From Eledone cirrhosa (lineage: Eukaryota), in contig OZ024741.1 of the NCBI GenBank assembly GCA_964016885.1, positions 213,404,001 to 213,468,000 of the forward strand: a stretch of DNA of 64,000 bases, given 5' to 3'. Shown here one piece after another: positions 1 to 15,670 of the stretch. Within the stretch, counting starts at the first letter, position 1; the number at the start of each line of letters is the position of its first letter. A program made the position numbers and the translations under genes. The notes beneath the pieces are model-generated. The model saw only the letters and a list, made by a program, of their open reading frames with translations, was not told where the DNA came from and did no database searches.

Positions 1-50
1 GTATTAGGCAATGAAATATTAGGTAGCGCTTTTCTTCCATGTATGAAGAT

Positions 51-1420
51 TAGGGTGTTCCATAATCCCACATTTTACACAAAAGTGTTTTTTTTTCTTA
101 GATCTCTATGCATTTTCTCATGCCATTTTGTATAGTATGCTTTATAATGTAATTGTGATTATTTCAGAGTAATTTAAGCCTTGCCTAATAGTTGCAAATT
201 GGCAGAATAATGGCAGAAACCATTGGGCCTAGTTGTAGCTACTCGCTCCGTTGTGATGATCGAGAAATATGGCTCCTGGGGCAATATGTTACATCCTTTT
301 CACCAAACAAAATACCCATAAAGAGGGATGTTCTAAGATATTTCTTCAACCTGAAAGATGGTCCTATGAAACAGGAAAAGCATGTGAGCTTCAATGGTGC
401 TATTGCGGATAGACTTGTGATGGAAGTAGTTAGTCAGTGGGAAAAAGTTTGGTGGTGCGACTCAACGAAAAGACAAAGTGAAACTGAAAATTATGAACAT
501 GTACAGTGAATACAGAAATTTACAAAAAAACAAAGGTTCTAAGTCAAACAAAGAAAAGGAAGCACTATTTATTTCTGAATTGGATTCGTATTTCTACATT
601 GCAAATACTGATGCTGAAAAGAAAATTTTGAAAGACCGTCTTCGTAATAATGAACAGAAAATGGAAGATGCTGCATTTCTCGAGACCCTGCGTTACCAGA
701 CAAAAGTATCTCTGGGTGCTGAAGACAAGGTTTACCAGAAAAAGGTATCTTCAAAGTTTAAGCGTGATCAGGTTTCTGTGGCTCGTCGAGAGTCAGAGAA
801 CCATAGAGAGAGTTTGTCAGGATCTGTAGCAGCACAACTTCCACGTAATGAACTGAGTGATTCAAGTTCAACCAATGATGAAACTGAAGATGAACAGGAT
901 CCTGAATTTCAGGCCTCAAACCCACCCAGAGACAGCTCAAAGTCAGACAAAAAACGAAAAATCGAGCTGGAACTCCCAAAGAATCCATTTCAAAGTCCAA
1001 ATATTTCTCTAATGGCTGATCGTTTAAACCTGACACTGGGCCAGAGAACAGTATTTATAGCATCGATTATTTCTGAGGGTGGGACTGACATAGACGCCAC
1101 AACTCTCTCCAAGAATAGTAGCAGACGTGCAGCTAAGAAGATCAGAACTGTGGGGGCTGAACACATAGAAGGAACAATTTGCTGTACCAGACTTTGTTAC
1201 CTTACATTGGGATGGAAAAATAATTCCTGGTGACCCATATAGGCTATGTGTGCGAGCTGCTGGAACTCCGGACTTCAGAGAAGGTAAAATCCTCGGTGTT
1301 CCCATAATTTCTGATGGCACTGGAACCACCCAAGCCAAAGTATCATTTGATCTTGTTAAAGATTGGAATGTTGATGGGTCTGTGGTGGGTTTGGTCTTCG
1401 ACACAACTGCTTCGAATCTG
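51..1420 (+). mobile_element. 5' part of a hAT-superfamily (hATm-like) DNA transposon with frameshifted, 3'-truncated transposase
   Basis: Candidate terminal inverted repeat start TAGGGTGTTCC at 51. ORF pieces 192-509, 478-1233 and about 1190-1420 read across frameshifts as ...TLHWDGKII...KILGVPIISDGTGTTQA...DWNV...VGLVFDTTASN, a DDE transposase motif set. The sequence is cut by (TA)n at about 1425. The hATm subgroup is assigned from recalled motifs. Confidence 0.7.
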
Positions 1421-1638
1421 GATGGAAATATATATATACATATACATATATATATGTATATATTGAAAGAGAGAAGAATAACATGGTCAACAGTACAAAA
1501 GAGGGTTTTGTTTACAGTATTAACAATTGTTAATATATATGTGTATATATATATATATGTATATATATGTATATATGTATATATATAATGGTATTAGAAT
1601 CAAATAGTATGGTAGAATATTAAATGTTAAGTGTTAAT

Positions 1639-1677
1639 TGAACAAGTACTTTCATGCTTTCGCAATCTTCAGGTTCA
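1639..1677 (-). ncRNA. Minimal type I hammerhead ribozyme
   Basis: Minus strand reads UGAAC-CUGAAGA-U.UGC(GAAA)GCA.U-GAAA-GUAC-UU-GUUCA. Stem I is 5 bp, stem II has a GNRA loop, stem III is the palindrome AGUACU, and the cleavage triplet is CUU. Confidence 0.8.
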
Positions 1678-1729
1678 TATTGTGTGGTGACAGTCAAGTT
1701 TACAATTTTCAACTATATATAGATGTATG

Positions 1730-1771
<42 letters not shown>

Positions 1772-1802
1772 TATATTTATATATATATATATATATATAT
1801 GC

Positions 1803-1926
<124 letters not shown>

Positions 1927-2425
1927 ATGCATATATGTAAATATATATATACATATATACATATATGTTGAACAAACGAGTAACGATGGTTGCTGGACAC
2001 TACGGCTTAATACGGGATGTTTATTTACAAACACACCGAGCATTATAATAAATGTTGGGTGAATCCATACGTACATATATATATGTGTGCATGTATGTAT
2101 ATATATATACATACTACTGTACGTCTGTATACATATATGTATTTTCCAAAGTGATCGCGCCAAAAATACATTCAAAAATGGCTAAGAATCGTGACGTTGC
2201 AACCTTTATTCTTATAGCTTGGTCTAATTGATTTTTTATATGGTTAATTATACTAATTGGGAGAGGAAATGGTATATATTATATCTAATGATTCTAAAGA
2301 CATATTTTATGATATATAGCTCTGATTATTTTATTTTATTTAATTTATTAATTTCTCATTGAGCCACAACGTGACCGATTGCAAAACACATATATATCTA
2401 TGACTTTATATATATGTATGTAAAC

Positions 2426-2547
<122 letters not shown>

Positions 2548-2778
2548 ATGAAATTATTGTGTACAGTGCTCAGGTGCACTACAACTCATCAAAGGTGCAT
2601 GTATAGTACATAGAATAATGTACAAATGTCAGGAAAATGAACGGTGTATGAGTCATGATATAATAATAATAACAATAATGAAATATTGTGTACAGTGCCC
2701 AGGTGCACCACAACTCATCAAAAAAGTGCATGTACAGTACATAGGGCAATGCACAAACATCAGTAAATATATATATAT

Positions 2779-2810
<32 letters not shown>

Positions 2811-2813
<3 letters not shown>

Positions 2814-5589
2814 AAAACAAATAACGAAACGAAATTAAATTTCGTTTCGTTTGTAACTCACTTTTGTATGACTGACGCTTAAACAATTAAGTTAAAAATG
2901 TACATCTACATATGTATACTGAAATACTAGTATGCATATGAATACACACACGTATACATATGTAGATGTACCGATTTTTTCACTGGTCACTTTACTGTGA
3001 GTGTCCAGCTATTCTGTATGTAAACACACAGACAAACCGGTTTTTAGAGTCATACTGGTTTTTGAGGAAACACCTTTCCTCTATTCTCCAGAAAGCCAGA
3101 CAAGGAATATTGAACTAGTTTCGATGTTGTTACATCTCATCAGCAATATTTACCTATCTTCCGGCCCTTCTAGAGAATCGTAAAAACACATATCGTTATA
3201 TGCTTTTTCTATGAAAATTAGTAGTGGGCAGACTAATTTGCATAGAGCGTGAGTACGTACCGGTTCAACGGAGACGATAAAAACAAATAACGAAACGAAA
3301 TTAAATTTCGTTTCGTTTGTAACTCACTTTTGTATGACTGACGCTTAAACAATTAAGTTAAAAATGTACATCTACATATGTATACTGAAATACTAGTATG
3401 CATATGAATACACACACGTATACATATGTAGATGTACCGATTTTTTCACTGGTCACTTTACTGTGAGTGTCCAGCTATTCTGTATGTAAACACACAGACA
3501 AACCGGTTTTTAGAGTCATACTGGTTTTTGAGGAAACACCTTTCCTCTATTCTCCAGAAAGCCAGACAAGGAATATTGAACTAGTTTCGATGTTGTTACA
3601 TCTCATCAGCAATATTTACCTATCTTCCGGCCCTTCTAGAGAATCGTAAAAACACATATCGTTATATGCTTTTTCTATGAAAATTAGTAGTGGGCAGACT
3701 AATTTGCATAGAGCGTGAGTACGTACCGGTTCAACGGAGACGATAAAAACAAATAACGAAACGAAATTAAATTTCGTTTCGTTTGTAACTCACTTTTGTA
3801 TGACTGACGCTTAAACAATTAAGTTAAAAATGTACATCTACATATGTATACTGAAATACTAGTATGCATATGAATACACACACGTATACATATGTAGATG
3901 TACCGATTTTTTCACTGGTCACTTTACTGTGAGTGTCCAGCTATTCTGTATGTAAACACACAGACAAACCGGTTTTTAGAGTCATACTGGTTTTTGAGGA
4001 AACACCTTTCCTCTATTCTCCAGAAAGCCAGACAAGGAATATTGAACTAGTTTCGATGTTGTTACATCTCATCAGCAATATTTACCTATCTTCCGGCCCT
4101 TCTAGAGAATCGTAAAAACACATATCGTTATATGCTTTTTCTATGAAAATTAGTAGTGGGCAGACTAATTTGCATAGAGCGTGAGTACGTACCGGTTCAA
4201 CGGAGACGATAAAAACAAATAACGAAACGAAATTAAATTTCGTTTCGTTTGTAACTCACTTTTGTATGACTGACGCTTAAACAATTAAGTTAAAAATGTA
4301 CATCTACATATGTATACTGAAATACTAGTATGCATATGAATACACACACGTATACATATGTAGATGTACCGATTTTTTCACTGGTCACTTTACTGTGAGT
4401 GTCCAGCTATTCTGTATGTAAACACACAGACAAACCGGTTTTTAGAGTCATACTGGTTTTTGAGGAAACACCTTTCCTCTATTCTCCAGAAAGCCAGACA
4501 AGGAATATTGAACTAGTTTCGATGTTGTTACATCTCATCAGCAATATTTACCTATCTTCCGGCCCTTCTAGAGAATCGTAAAAACACATATCGTTATATG
4601 CTTTTTCTATGAAAATTAGTAGTGGGCAGACTAATTTGCATAGAGCGTGAGTACGTACCGGTTCAACGGAGACGATAAAAACAAATAACGAAACGAAATT
4701 AAATTTCGTTTCGTTTGTAACTCACTTTTGTATGACTGACGCTTAAACAATTAAGTTAAAAATGTACATCTACATATGTATACTGAAATACTAGTATGCA
4801 TATGAATACACACACGTATACATATGTAGATGTACCGATTTTTTCACTGGTCACTTTACTGTGAGTGTCCAGCTATTCTGTATGTAAACACACAGACAAA
4901 CCGGTTTTTAGAGTCATACTGGTTTTTGAGGAAACACCTTTCCTCTATTCTCCAGAAAGCCAGACAAGGAATATTGAACTAGTTTCGATGTTGTTACATC
5001 TCATCAGCAATATTTACCTATCTTCCGGCCCTTCTAGAGAATCGTAAAAACACATATCGTTATATGCTTTTTCTATGAAAATTAGTAGTGGGCAGACTAA
5101 TTTGCATAGAGCGTGAGTACGTACCGGTTCAACGGAGACGATAAAAACAAATAACGAAACGAAATTAAATTTCGTTTCGTTTGTAACTCACTTTTGTATG
5201 ACTGACGCTTAAACAATTAAGTTAAAAATGTACATCTACATATGTATACTGAAATACTAGTATGCATATGAATACACACACGTATACATATGTAGATGTA
5301 CCGATTTTTTCACTGGTCACTTTACTGTGAGTGTCCAGCTATTCTGTATGTAAACACACAGACAAACCGGTTTTTAGAGTCATACTGGTTTTTGAGGAAA
5401 CACCTTTCCTCTATTCTCCAGAAAGCCAGACAAGGAATATTGAACTAGTTTCGATGTTGTTACATCTCATCAGCAATATTTACCTATCTTCCGGCCCTTC
5501 TAGAGAATCGTAAAAACACATATCGTTATATGCTTTTTCTATGAAAATTAGTAGTGGGCAGACTAATTTGCATAGAGCGTGAGTACGTA
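2811..5589 (-). repeat. Tandem array of about 6 identical 466-bp HHR-containing units (retrozyme-like family R1), left arm
   Basis: The 466-bp period is visible directly and in the ORF track (3001, 3467, 3933, 4399, 4865, 5331). The array starts in (TA)n. One minus-strand HHR per unit at 3106-3150, 3572-3616, 4038-4082, 4504-4548, 4970-5014 and 5436-5480. Confidence 0.95.
3106..3150 (-). ncRNA. Type I hammerhead ribozyme of the R1 unit (first of six minus-strand copies)
   Basis: AAUAUUG-CUGAUGA-GAUGU(AACA)ACAUC-GAAA-CUAG-UU-CAAUAUU. Canonical core, 7-bp stem I, 5-bp stem II, palindromic stem III ACUAGU. Predicted cleavage after GUU, between 3113 and 3112. Confidence 0.93.
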
Positions 5590-6280
5590 TATTCCTTGTC
5601 TGGCTTTCTGGAGAATAGAGGAAAGGTGTTTCCTCAAAAACCAGTATGACTCTAAAAACCGGTTTGTCTGTGTGTTTACATACAGAATAGCTGGACACTT
5701 ACAGTAAAGTGACCAGTGAAAAAATCGGTACATCTACATATGTATACGTGTGTGTATTCATATGCATACTAGTATTTCAGTATACATATGTAGATGTACA
5801 TTTTTAACTTAATTGTTTAAGCGTCAGTCATACAAAAGTGAGTTACAAACGAAACGAAATTTAATTTCGTTTCGTTATTTGTTTTTATCGTCTCCGTTGA
5901 ACCGGTACGTACTCACGCTCTATGCAAATTAGTCTGCCCACTACTAATTTTCATAGAAAAAGCATATAACGATATGTGTTTTTACGATTCTCTAGAAGGG
6001 CCGGAAGATAGGTAAATATTGCTGATGAGATGTAACAACATCGAAACTAGTTCAATATTCCTTGTCTGGCTTTCTGGAGAATAGAGGAAAGGTGTTTCCT
6101 CAAAAACCAGTATGACTCTAAAAACCGGTTTGTCTGTGTGTTTACATACAGAATAGCTGGACACTCACAGTAAAGTGACCAGTGAAAAAATCGGTACATC
6201 TACATATGTATACGTGTGTGTATTCATATGCATACTAGTATTTCAGTATACATATGTAGATGTACATTTTTAACTTAATT
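5589..6280 (+). repeat. Inverted arm of the R1 array (about 1.5 units)
   Basis: Reverse complement of the 466-bp unit. It starts about 2-3 nt after the HHR cleavage site (atattccttgtc...) and ends in (AT)n at 6280. One substitution noticed, at 5700. Confidence 0.95.
6015..6059 (+). ncRNA. Type I hammerhead ribozyme of R1 (plus-strand copy)
   Basis: aatattg ctgatga gatgt aaca acatc gaaa ctag tt caatatt is read directly. Cleavage is predicted after 6052. Confidence 0.93.
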
Positions 6281-6304
6281 ATATATATATATATATACAG
6301 CTAT

Positions 6305-6370
<66 letters not shown>

Positions 6371-6379
6371 ATTATTATA

Positions 6380-6955
6380 CAGCTATTGAGCAGTTAATTT
6401 TATTGATTTTTTTAGTTGCTTCTATTGACTGTTGAATAGCTCTGTTATATTTAACCATTCTGTCGAGAGCTTTATTCGATCTGTGATATTTTGCATTCTC
6501 GCAATATTATACACAACTGAATCATTCTCAAAATAGAGGTGTTGCCTCCCTTGCTGAACTCCACGTGGGGTCAGTAATAGACACTCTTATCTATAGCATA
6601 CTAGAACAAAACCCGTTGATAACACGACTTCCTTGTTCATCATCTTACCTGAAGCCAGACATTCTTTATGGAGGCGGACAGTACCTGATTTTGGAGTCGC
6701 AGAAACCAAATACTGGATTTTACCATCAGTCCAGGGTCCGGGAAAGTATCAACACATATATTTTTATTGTTTGACCCGAATTACTTGGTCGTTTGTTTTG
6801 GCTGTGTGGATGATATGTTTAACCATCATCTCAGTGTCTTTGGCCCTTAACGTATGTTGTAGCTCTGATTCGCATGAATCATCGAGCGCTTGCCACACAT
6901 CTCGGATGTTGATTTTCGTTAATTCCTGAGCTGAAATACGATTCTCGCTAATTTA
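6380..6955 (+). mobile_element. PLE terminal-repeat (pLTR)-like fragment carrying a long-armed HHR
   Basis: Similar to 9920-10508 and, inverted, to 16430-16668. Flanked by (TA)n. Confidence 0.65.
6612..6742 (+). ncRNA. Hammerhead ribozyme with U3-A8 core and extended stems II and III
   Basis: CCCG-UUGAUAA-caCGACUUC...GGAGUCGca-GAAA-CC..CUGGAU...GUCCAG.GG-UC-CGGG. GUC triplet. The base of stem II is mismatched in this copy. Confidence 0.6.
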
Positions 6956-7097
6956 TATTTGTATATATATATATATATATATAAGAGAGAGAGAGGAAGA
7001 CTGGAAGTTACTAGTTTAGAATGGTATTCGATGCTTAGAAAAGTACAGTGTAGGTATTGTAAAGATTCACTGACCAACGGACACATATATATAGAGA

Positions 7098-7148
7098 GAT
7101 GATGGTGATGGTCATAATGATGACGATGATTATGATGATGATAATAAA

Positions 7149-7215
<67 letters not shown>

Positions 7216-7365
7216 GCGGTAACGATCGCCAGTATATTTTGACATCATCATCATCTTCATCAGCATCAACATTATACTGACCACCTAGATCATCGTCATC
7301 CACATCCTTGTATACCTCATGACAACAAACATCAAAATCATCATCATCATTATCACTATCATCAT
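7098..7365. repeat. (GAT)n / (CAT)n microsatellite region
   Basis: Direct reading; it explains the poly-His pseudo-ORF. Confidence 0.95.
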
Positions 7366-7460
7366 TTGGTTTTAATGTAATTTTTATTTAATGAAGCAAA
7401 AATAAATAGAAATATCTAATCAATAAATAACCAAAATAAATATATATTTATATAAAACAA

Positions 7461-7517
<57 letters not shown>

Positions 7518-7562
7518 CGTGTGTGTGTGAGTGTTTCTTCCGTGTTTGAATATAAATGAATA

Positions 7563-7604
<42 letters not shown>

Positions 7605-7619
7605 CATATATATATCATG

Positions 7620-7685
<66 letters not shown>

Positions 7686-7707
7686 TTATTTATACCATAT
7701 ATATATG

Positions 7708-7745
<38 letters not shown>

Positions 7746-7763
7746 AATATTATATATATATAT

Positions 7764-7829
<66 letters not shown>

Positions 7830-7887
7830 TATATGTATATATATATACATATATACATACATATATATATATATATATACATATATA

Positions 7888-7927
<40 letters not shown>

Positions 7928-7929
7928 TA

Positions 7930-7996
<67 letters not shown>

Positions 7997-8429
7997 ATAT
8001 ATATATATATATATATATATATACAACTTTGTCGAAGACTGTCTAATTTTAAAGTAAACATAAGTCTGTGTTTGTTTACATGAAAGTAATTATGAAAGAA
8101 AACAAAGTTTAGATATTTGCATATCTGCATATTTAAATATTTACATATTTCATTGCTGCACCCAACACATGATTGTAATCTCTTCCTCTATCGCACTATA
8201 TAATTCTATTTAAGCATACATACATATATACATACACATACATATATACATGCATACATACACATCCAGGCATTCATACATTTATACATGTATACATATA
8301 TATACATACATACATTCACACAAACATTCTTACAAGCATACATACACACACATATATACATACATACATTCATACATGCATACATACATACATATACACA
8401 TCCATGCATTTATACATTTACACGCACAC

Positions 8430-8460
<31 letters not shown>

Positions 8461-8610
8461 CATTCACACAAACATTCTTTCATGCCAACACATATATATA
8501 TACATAAATACATATATATATATACATATATACATAAATACATAAACACATAAATGCATACATACGTATCCATACAGACATACATACATACACACAAAGA
8601 CACACACACG

Positions 8611-8710
<100 letters not shown>

Positions 8711-9078
8711 TGTCTGTGTGTGCATTTGAGTGTGTATGTGTATCTGTGTGGACGTGTGTGTATGTGTGTGTGTGTGTGTGTATTTGTCAGTAGTCTCATA
8801 TAATGTGAATATAATTAAGAGACAAGTACACACTCAGTATTCAATCAATACTGATTAAACTTTCACAACAGTTGTTTTATAGCGGCACGTGCTTGGAAGA
8901 TAGGCTTGTGTCCGGTGAAGAAATGTTTAATGTGTATATATTTAGAGAGTGAGGAGAAAGAGAAAATCTGCGTGTTGTTGTTTGTCAGACATATACACGG
9001 GATTGTGTGTATGCGTGTGGTGTGTGTTTATGCAAGTACATATATTCATATGTGTGTAATATATTCGTATACATACAC

Positions 9079-9141
<63 letters not shown>

Positions 9142-9146
<5 letters not shown>

Positions 9147-9522
9147 ATGCTTGGGGAGGGTCATATTGTTGTAATAATATTGTTGCCAGGAATAATAACA
9201 GAACACACTCACTGTTTGGTTGGTTTTTCTCTTCTGTATCTTTTATATCTCCACAGTTAATAAATTTGGTCCTCAATGTTTATCATTGACTGACCAACGG
9301 TCAAAAATACAGATATAATATAGATATAAACACTTATATATAGTCTAACAAAGTTCTTTCGTTGCACATCTGCAACTTCATCAGTGGTACTATTATGTTC
9401 CTCCTGTTGTATTTTATATCTACGCCATTTTTTATTGTAGATATACAATACAACAGGAGGAACATAATAGTACCACTGATGATGTTGCAGATGTGCAACA
9501 AAAGAACTTTGTAGAACTATAT
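9142..9522. mobile_element. PLE pLTR fragment with inverted duplication (arms about 9337-9423 and 9437-9522)
   Basis: Inverted repeat read directly. The same family occurs at 34332-34610. Confidence 0.75.
9341..9392 (-). ncRNA. Minimal hammerhead ribozyme; the plus-strand twin at 9468-9519 has GAAA changed to AAAA
   Basis: UAGUACCA-CUGAUGA-A-GUUGCA(GAUG)UGCAAC-GAAA-GAAC-UU-UGUUAGACUA. Stem II is 6 bp; stem I is imperfect. Confidence 0.7.
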
Positions 9523-9847
9523 ATATTAATTTAATTATTGACATTTATACGGCCCCTTAATTGTAGAGCTAACTCAGTTGAATGGACTCGGCTGCTATTT
9601 TTAGCTGTCGATAATCCTATTCCCGTCACTGGGATGACGCAGGTACGATGTGTGTATTTTAAAAAAAATGCAACACGTGCTACGAGTCATTAACAGATTT
9701 GCATTTGCTGTGCAAACACAAATAGTTAAATCTTCTTCTTTGTTAAAAATCCGGTATTTGACTACTGTGATTTACCGATGATGGTGAAATATATTTCTTT
9801 ATTTAATTGTTTCTACGTGAAATTATTCCGTGATTGTTTCATATGTT

Positions 9848-9890
<43 letters not shown>

Positions 9891-9919
9891 AATCAATTTC
9901 TAGTTGATATATAAATATA

Positions 9920-10506
9920 TATGCAGTTAATTTTATTGTTCATTTTTTGTCGATTCTATTAAATGATGAATAGCTCCTGTTTATTTTAACATGTCTATTG
10001 AGCACTCTTATTCGATATGTGTATTTCCACATTTTCCCGAATATTTTTTGCGGATGTAGAGGTTATCTCCCTTGCTGAATTACATGTGCGTTCCTTCAGC
10101 CTGGGTTATGCCTTTTCATTCGTTCGGACAAAGGCTCGTTGAGGAAGTAAATTTTCCCGTCCGCTGGCTTCTAGAAGTCTCATATATTTTTATGTGAGCT
10201 GATAGAGGGCAGTTTAAGGATTTACAGAAACCCAAGAAGCTAGATTTACCATCTTTCTAGCGGGTCCGGGTATGCTTTTTACATTCATTTGATTTATTGA
10301 TTTTTTGATATCTTTTTCTGAACGTCCCGAATCTCCCAGATCGCAATCTTTCGGTCGTACGGTTGATTATAGACTTGTTCTATGTGTGACGGTATTTTAA
10401 CGATAGTTATAGCTCTGATTTATCTGAATTATTGAGCCCTCTGCCGCTCATATCGAATATTGTTTGTCGTGAACTCGTACGCCGATTTTTCGATACTCGA
10501 TTATTC

Positions 10507-10508
<2 letters not shown>
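9920..10508 (+). mobile_element. Second, diverged copy of the 6380-6955 pLTR-like family, with HHR at 10134-10271
   Basis: GCUCG-UUGAGGA-aGUAAAUUU...GGAUUUACa-GAAA-CCC..GCUAGA...UCUAGC.GGG-UC-CGGGU. Stems differ in sequence from 6612-6742 but keep their pairing. Confidence 0.65.
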
Positions 10509-10574
<66 letters not shown>

Positions 10575-10575
10575 G

Positions 10576-10725
10576 AAAAGAGTCAGGACCCGATTTTCGG
10601 ATTTAGCTGTCGAAACGACCGGAGCTCAGCCGTCGGGGTGCTGACGCTTTTCCTATTTCTCACTCTACAACCCTAAGTATCGAGTACTCTGGTGCGTTAT
10701 GGTCCACCTGGTTTCTTACCACAGG
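10576..10725 (+). mobile_element. pLTR fragment with the 3' half of an HHR (10604-10639) and a short inverted arm (10576-10593)
   Basis: tagctgtc-GAAA-cgaccggagctcagccg-TC-ggggt matches the 3' half of the HHR at 31632-31725. The downstream tail matches 16945-17045 and 47770-47905. Confidence 0.6.
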
Positions 10726-10842
10726 GCACTGGTATTTATAGCTACAATACTGACATATGCAGGTACTTAAGTTTCGTTGGATTGTACACGCCAACTCATA
10801 AAGTCAGTTATATATACTACAGTATATATATATATATATGAA

Positions 10843-14225
<3,383 letters not shown>

Positions 14226-14489
14226 GCGCAGCAAGCAATTATCAAACAATTCTCTAAATAAATAAAAAACGATTTAAATAATCAACTGTTCTATTGCTGT
14301 TACCGACGGTTTCACCAATCCAAAAATTTGAAATCCATAAGTAGAAGGGCTATTTAATTTGTTGGAAATCCGACAAATCTAAATATAAATGTTTATAACT
14401 GTTTATAATTTAGAGCAGTCAACAATATTTCCCGTAGTAAATATTGAATGATATTAAATAAATGGAAACTATATTTATAAAACCATATT

Positions 14490-14552
14490 TATTTTATTAT
14501 ATATATTTCAAGGGTACCAAAAGACGTTGATACGCTTTCTTCAGATAAAATA
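14490..14552 (-). ncRNA. Minimal type I hammerhead ribozyme
   Basis: UAUUUUAU-CUGAAGA-AAGcGUAUCAA(CGUCUU)UUGGUACcCUU-GAAA-UAUAUA-UA-AUAAAAUA. Stem I is 8 bp; the triplet is AUA. Confidence 0.82.
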
Positions 14553-14608
14553 AACTTTGTATTTTATCTGAAGAAAGCGTACCAAAGTCTTTTGATACCC
14601 TTGAAATA

Positions 14609-15402
14609 TCTCTATATATAAAACTGAGGATGTCTGTGTGTGTGTATGGGAGTTTGAATCCCTAAAGCTCGAGAACCACTCAACCGACTGTTTTCAACCT
14701 TTACACATGTAATACTTATGTTTCAGAAAGTGTTCTGAGCAAAAACCATTTCAAATTTTCAATGTCCTCGGGACCGCATTAGGCGATTTAGCGATTTCTC
14801 TCATTAATTCATAGTCTTTCTCTTTTTAGATAGATACATACATATAACGTCGCGCCCTTATAATATCTGTCTGTATGTCTGGCTGTCTGCATTACGTCAC
14901 TTGCCTGAGGATGTATGTCTGTGTCTGTGAGTTTGAATTCCTAAAACTCGAGAAGTACCCAACCGATTTTTTCAAACTTTACATGTGTATTACTTATGTT
15001 GCAGGGAGTGTTATGCACATAAAAAATTCAACTGCTTGATCCCCTAGGTGAAAAACTGCGTTTTTTCAGGTCTTTAGGGGTTTTTTGAGGCGTTACGTCA
15101 GACTGATTTCCTTGAAATTGTAACTATGTATTAGTCAGTCTCTTCTTCATACCGTGAGCAAAAGAAATCCAACTTTATATGGCCTAGGGCCCGCATTAGG
15201 TGAAAAACCTTTTTTTTCAGCTTTTTAGACCCTCATTAGGCATACATTTTTCCTGTTTCATCGAGGAAAATCTTAAAGATTATCCAGCCATCAGAGTATT
15301 CGGTTTATTTTCTTTACATATTGTCGAGGCATGCAGTAGGTCTGTTGGGCGGCCCGCGTTCCAAAATACCTTATCCCGTGCAACGCCGGGTACCACTGCC
15401 AA
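14609..15402 (+). mobile_element. Non-autonomous Helitron-like element
   Basis: 5' TC start, a (TG)n/GTCT-type subterminal tract, 3' hairpin CCCGTGCAACGCCGGG, and a degenerate CTRR end (CCAA). Inserted between A and T with no target-site duplication. Internal duplication about 14622-14740 / 14904-15020. Confidence 0.75.
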
Positions 15403-15455
15403 TATATAATAAAATAAATATGGTTTTATAAATATAGTTTCCATTTATTTAATAT

Positions 15456-15505
<50 letters not shown>

Positions 15506-15600
15506 ATTGAAATTTCCGTTGAAAACAGAAAAGGTTATAGAAGTGAAGAGTGCTCTATCAGAGCAAAATTTAATGTATAAAAATCAATACAATATAATTA

Positions 15601-15670
15601 CCCCATTACCAGAGGTTTCCCGAATGAGGCGAATACGAAAGAAACGTCTTCATTCGTTCGTCAGACGAGG
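15601..15670 (-). ncRNA. Type I hammerhead ribozyme
   Basis: CCUCGU-CUGACGA-a.CGAAUGA...UCAUUCG.g-GAAA-CC(UCU)GG-UA-AUGGGG. Stem I is 6 bp with GU pairs; the triplet is GUA. Confidence 0.75.

Larger units (their letters stand above)
14447..15459. mobile_element. Inverted pLTR pair (arms about 14447-14552 and 14560-14608 + 15403-15459) interrupted by a Helitron-like insertion
   Basis: Removing 14609-15402 restores the reverse complement of the left arm. The same tail occurs at 62021-62060. Confidence 0.8.

Noticed and set aside
3001-3183. 60-aa ORF repeated in every 466-bp unit
   Set aside because: GTG start, antisense to the ribozyme, no recognisable motif, and not conserved in the homologous R2 unit.
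2811-5589. CRISPR array or rDNA/snRNA gene array interpretation
   Set aside because: Units are fully identical with no spacers, there are no cas genes, and no similarity to 5S, tRNA or U snRNAs was recognised.
14295-14345. GAAA-CCGUCGG-UA half hammerhead on the minus strand
   Set aside because: No credible 5' core or stem I.
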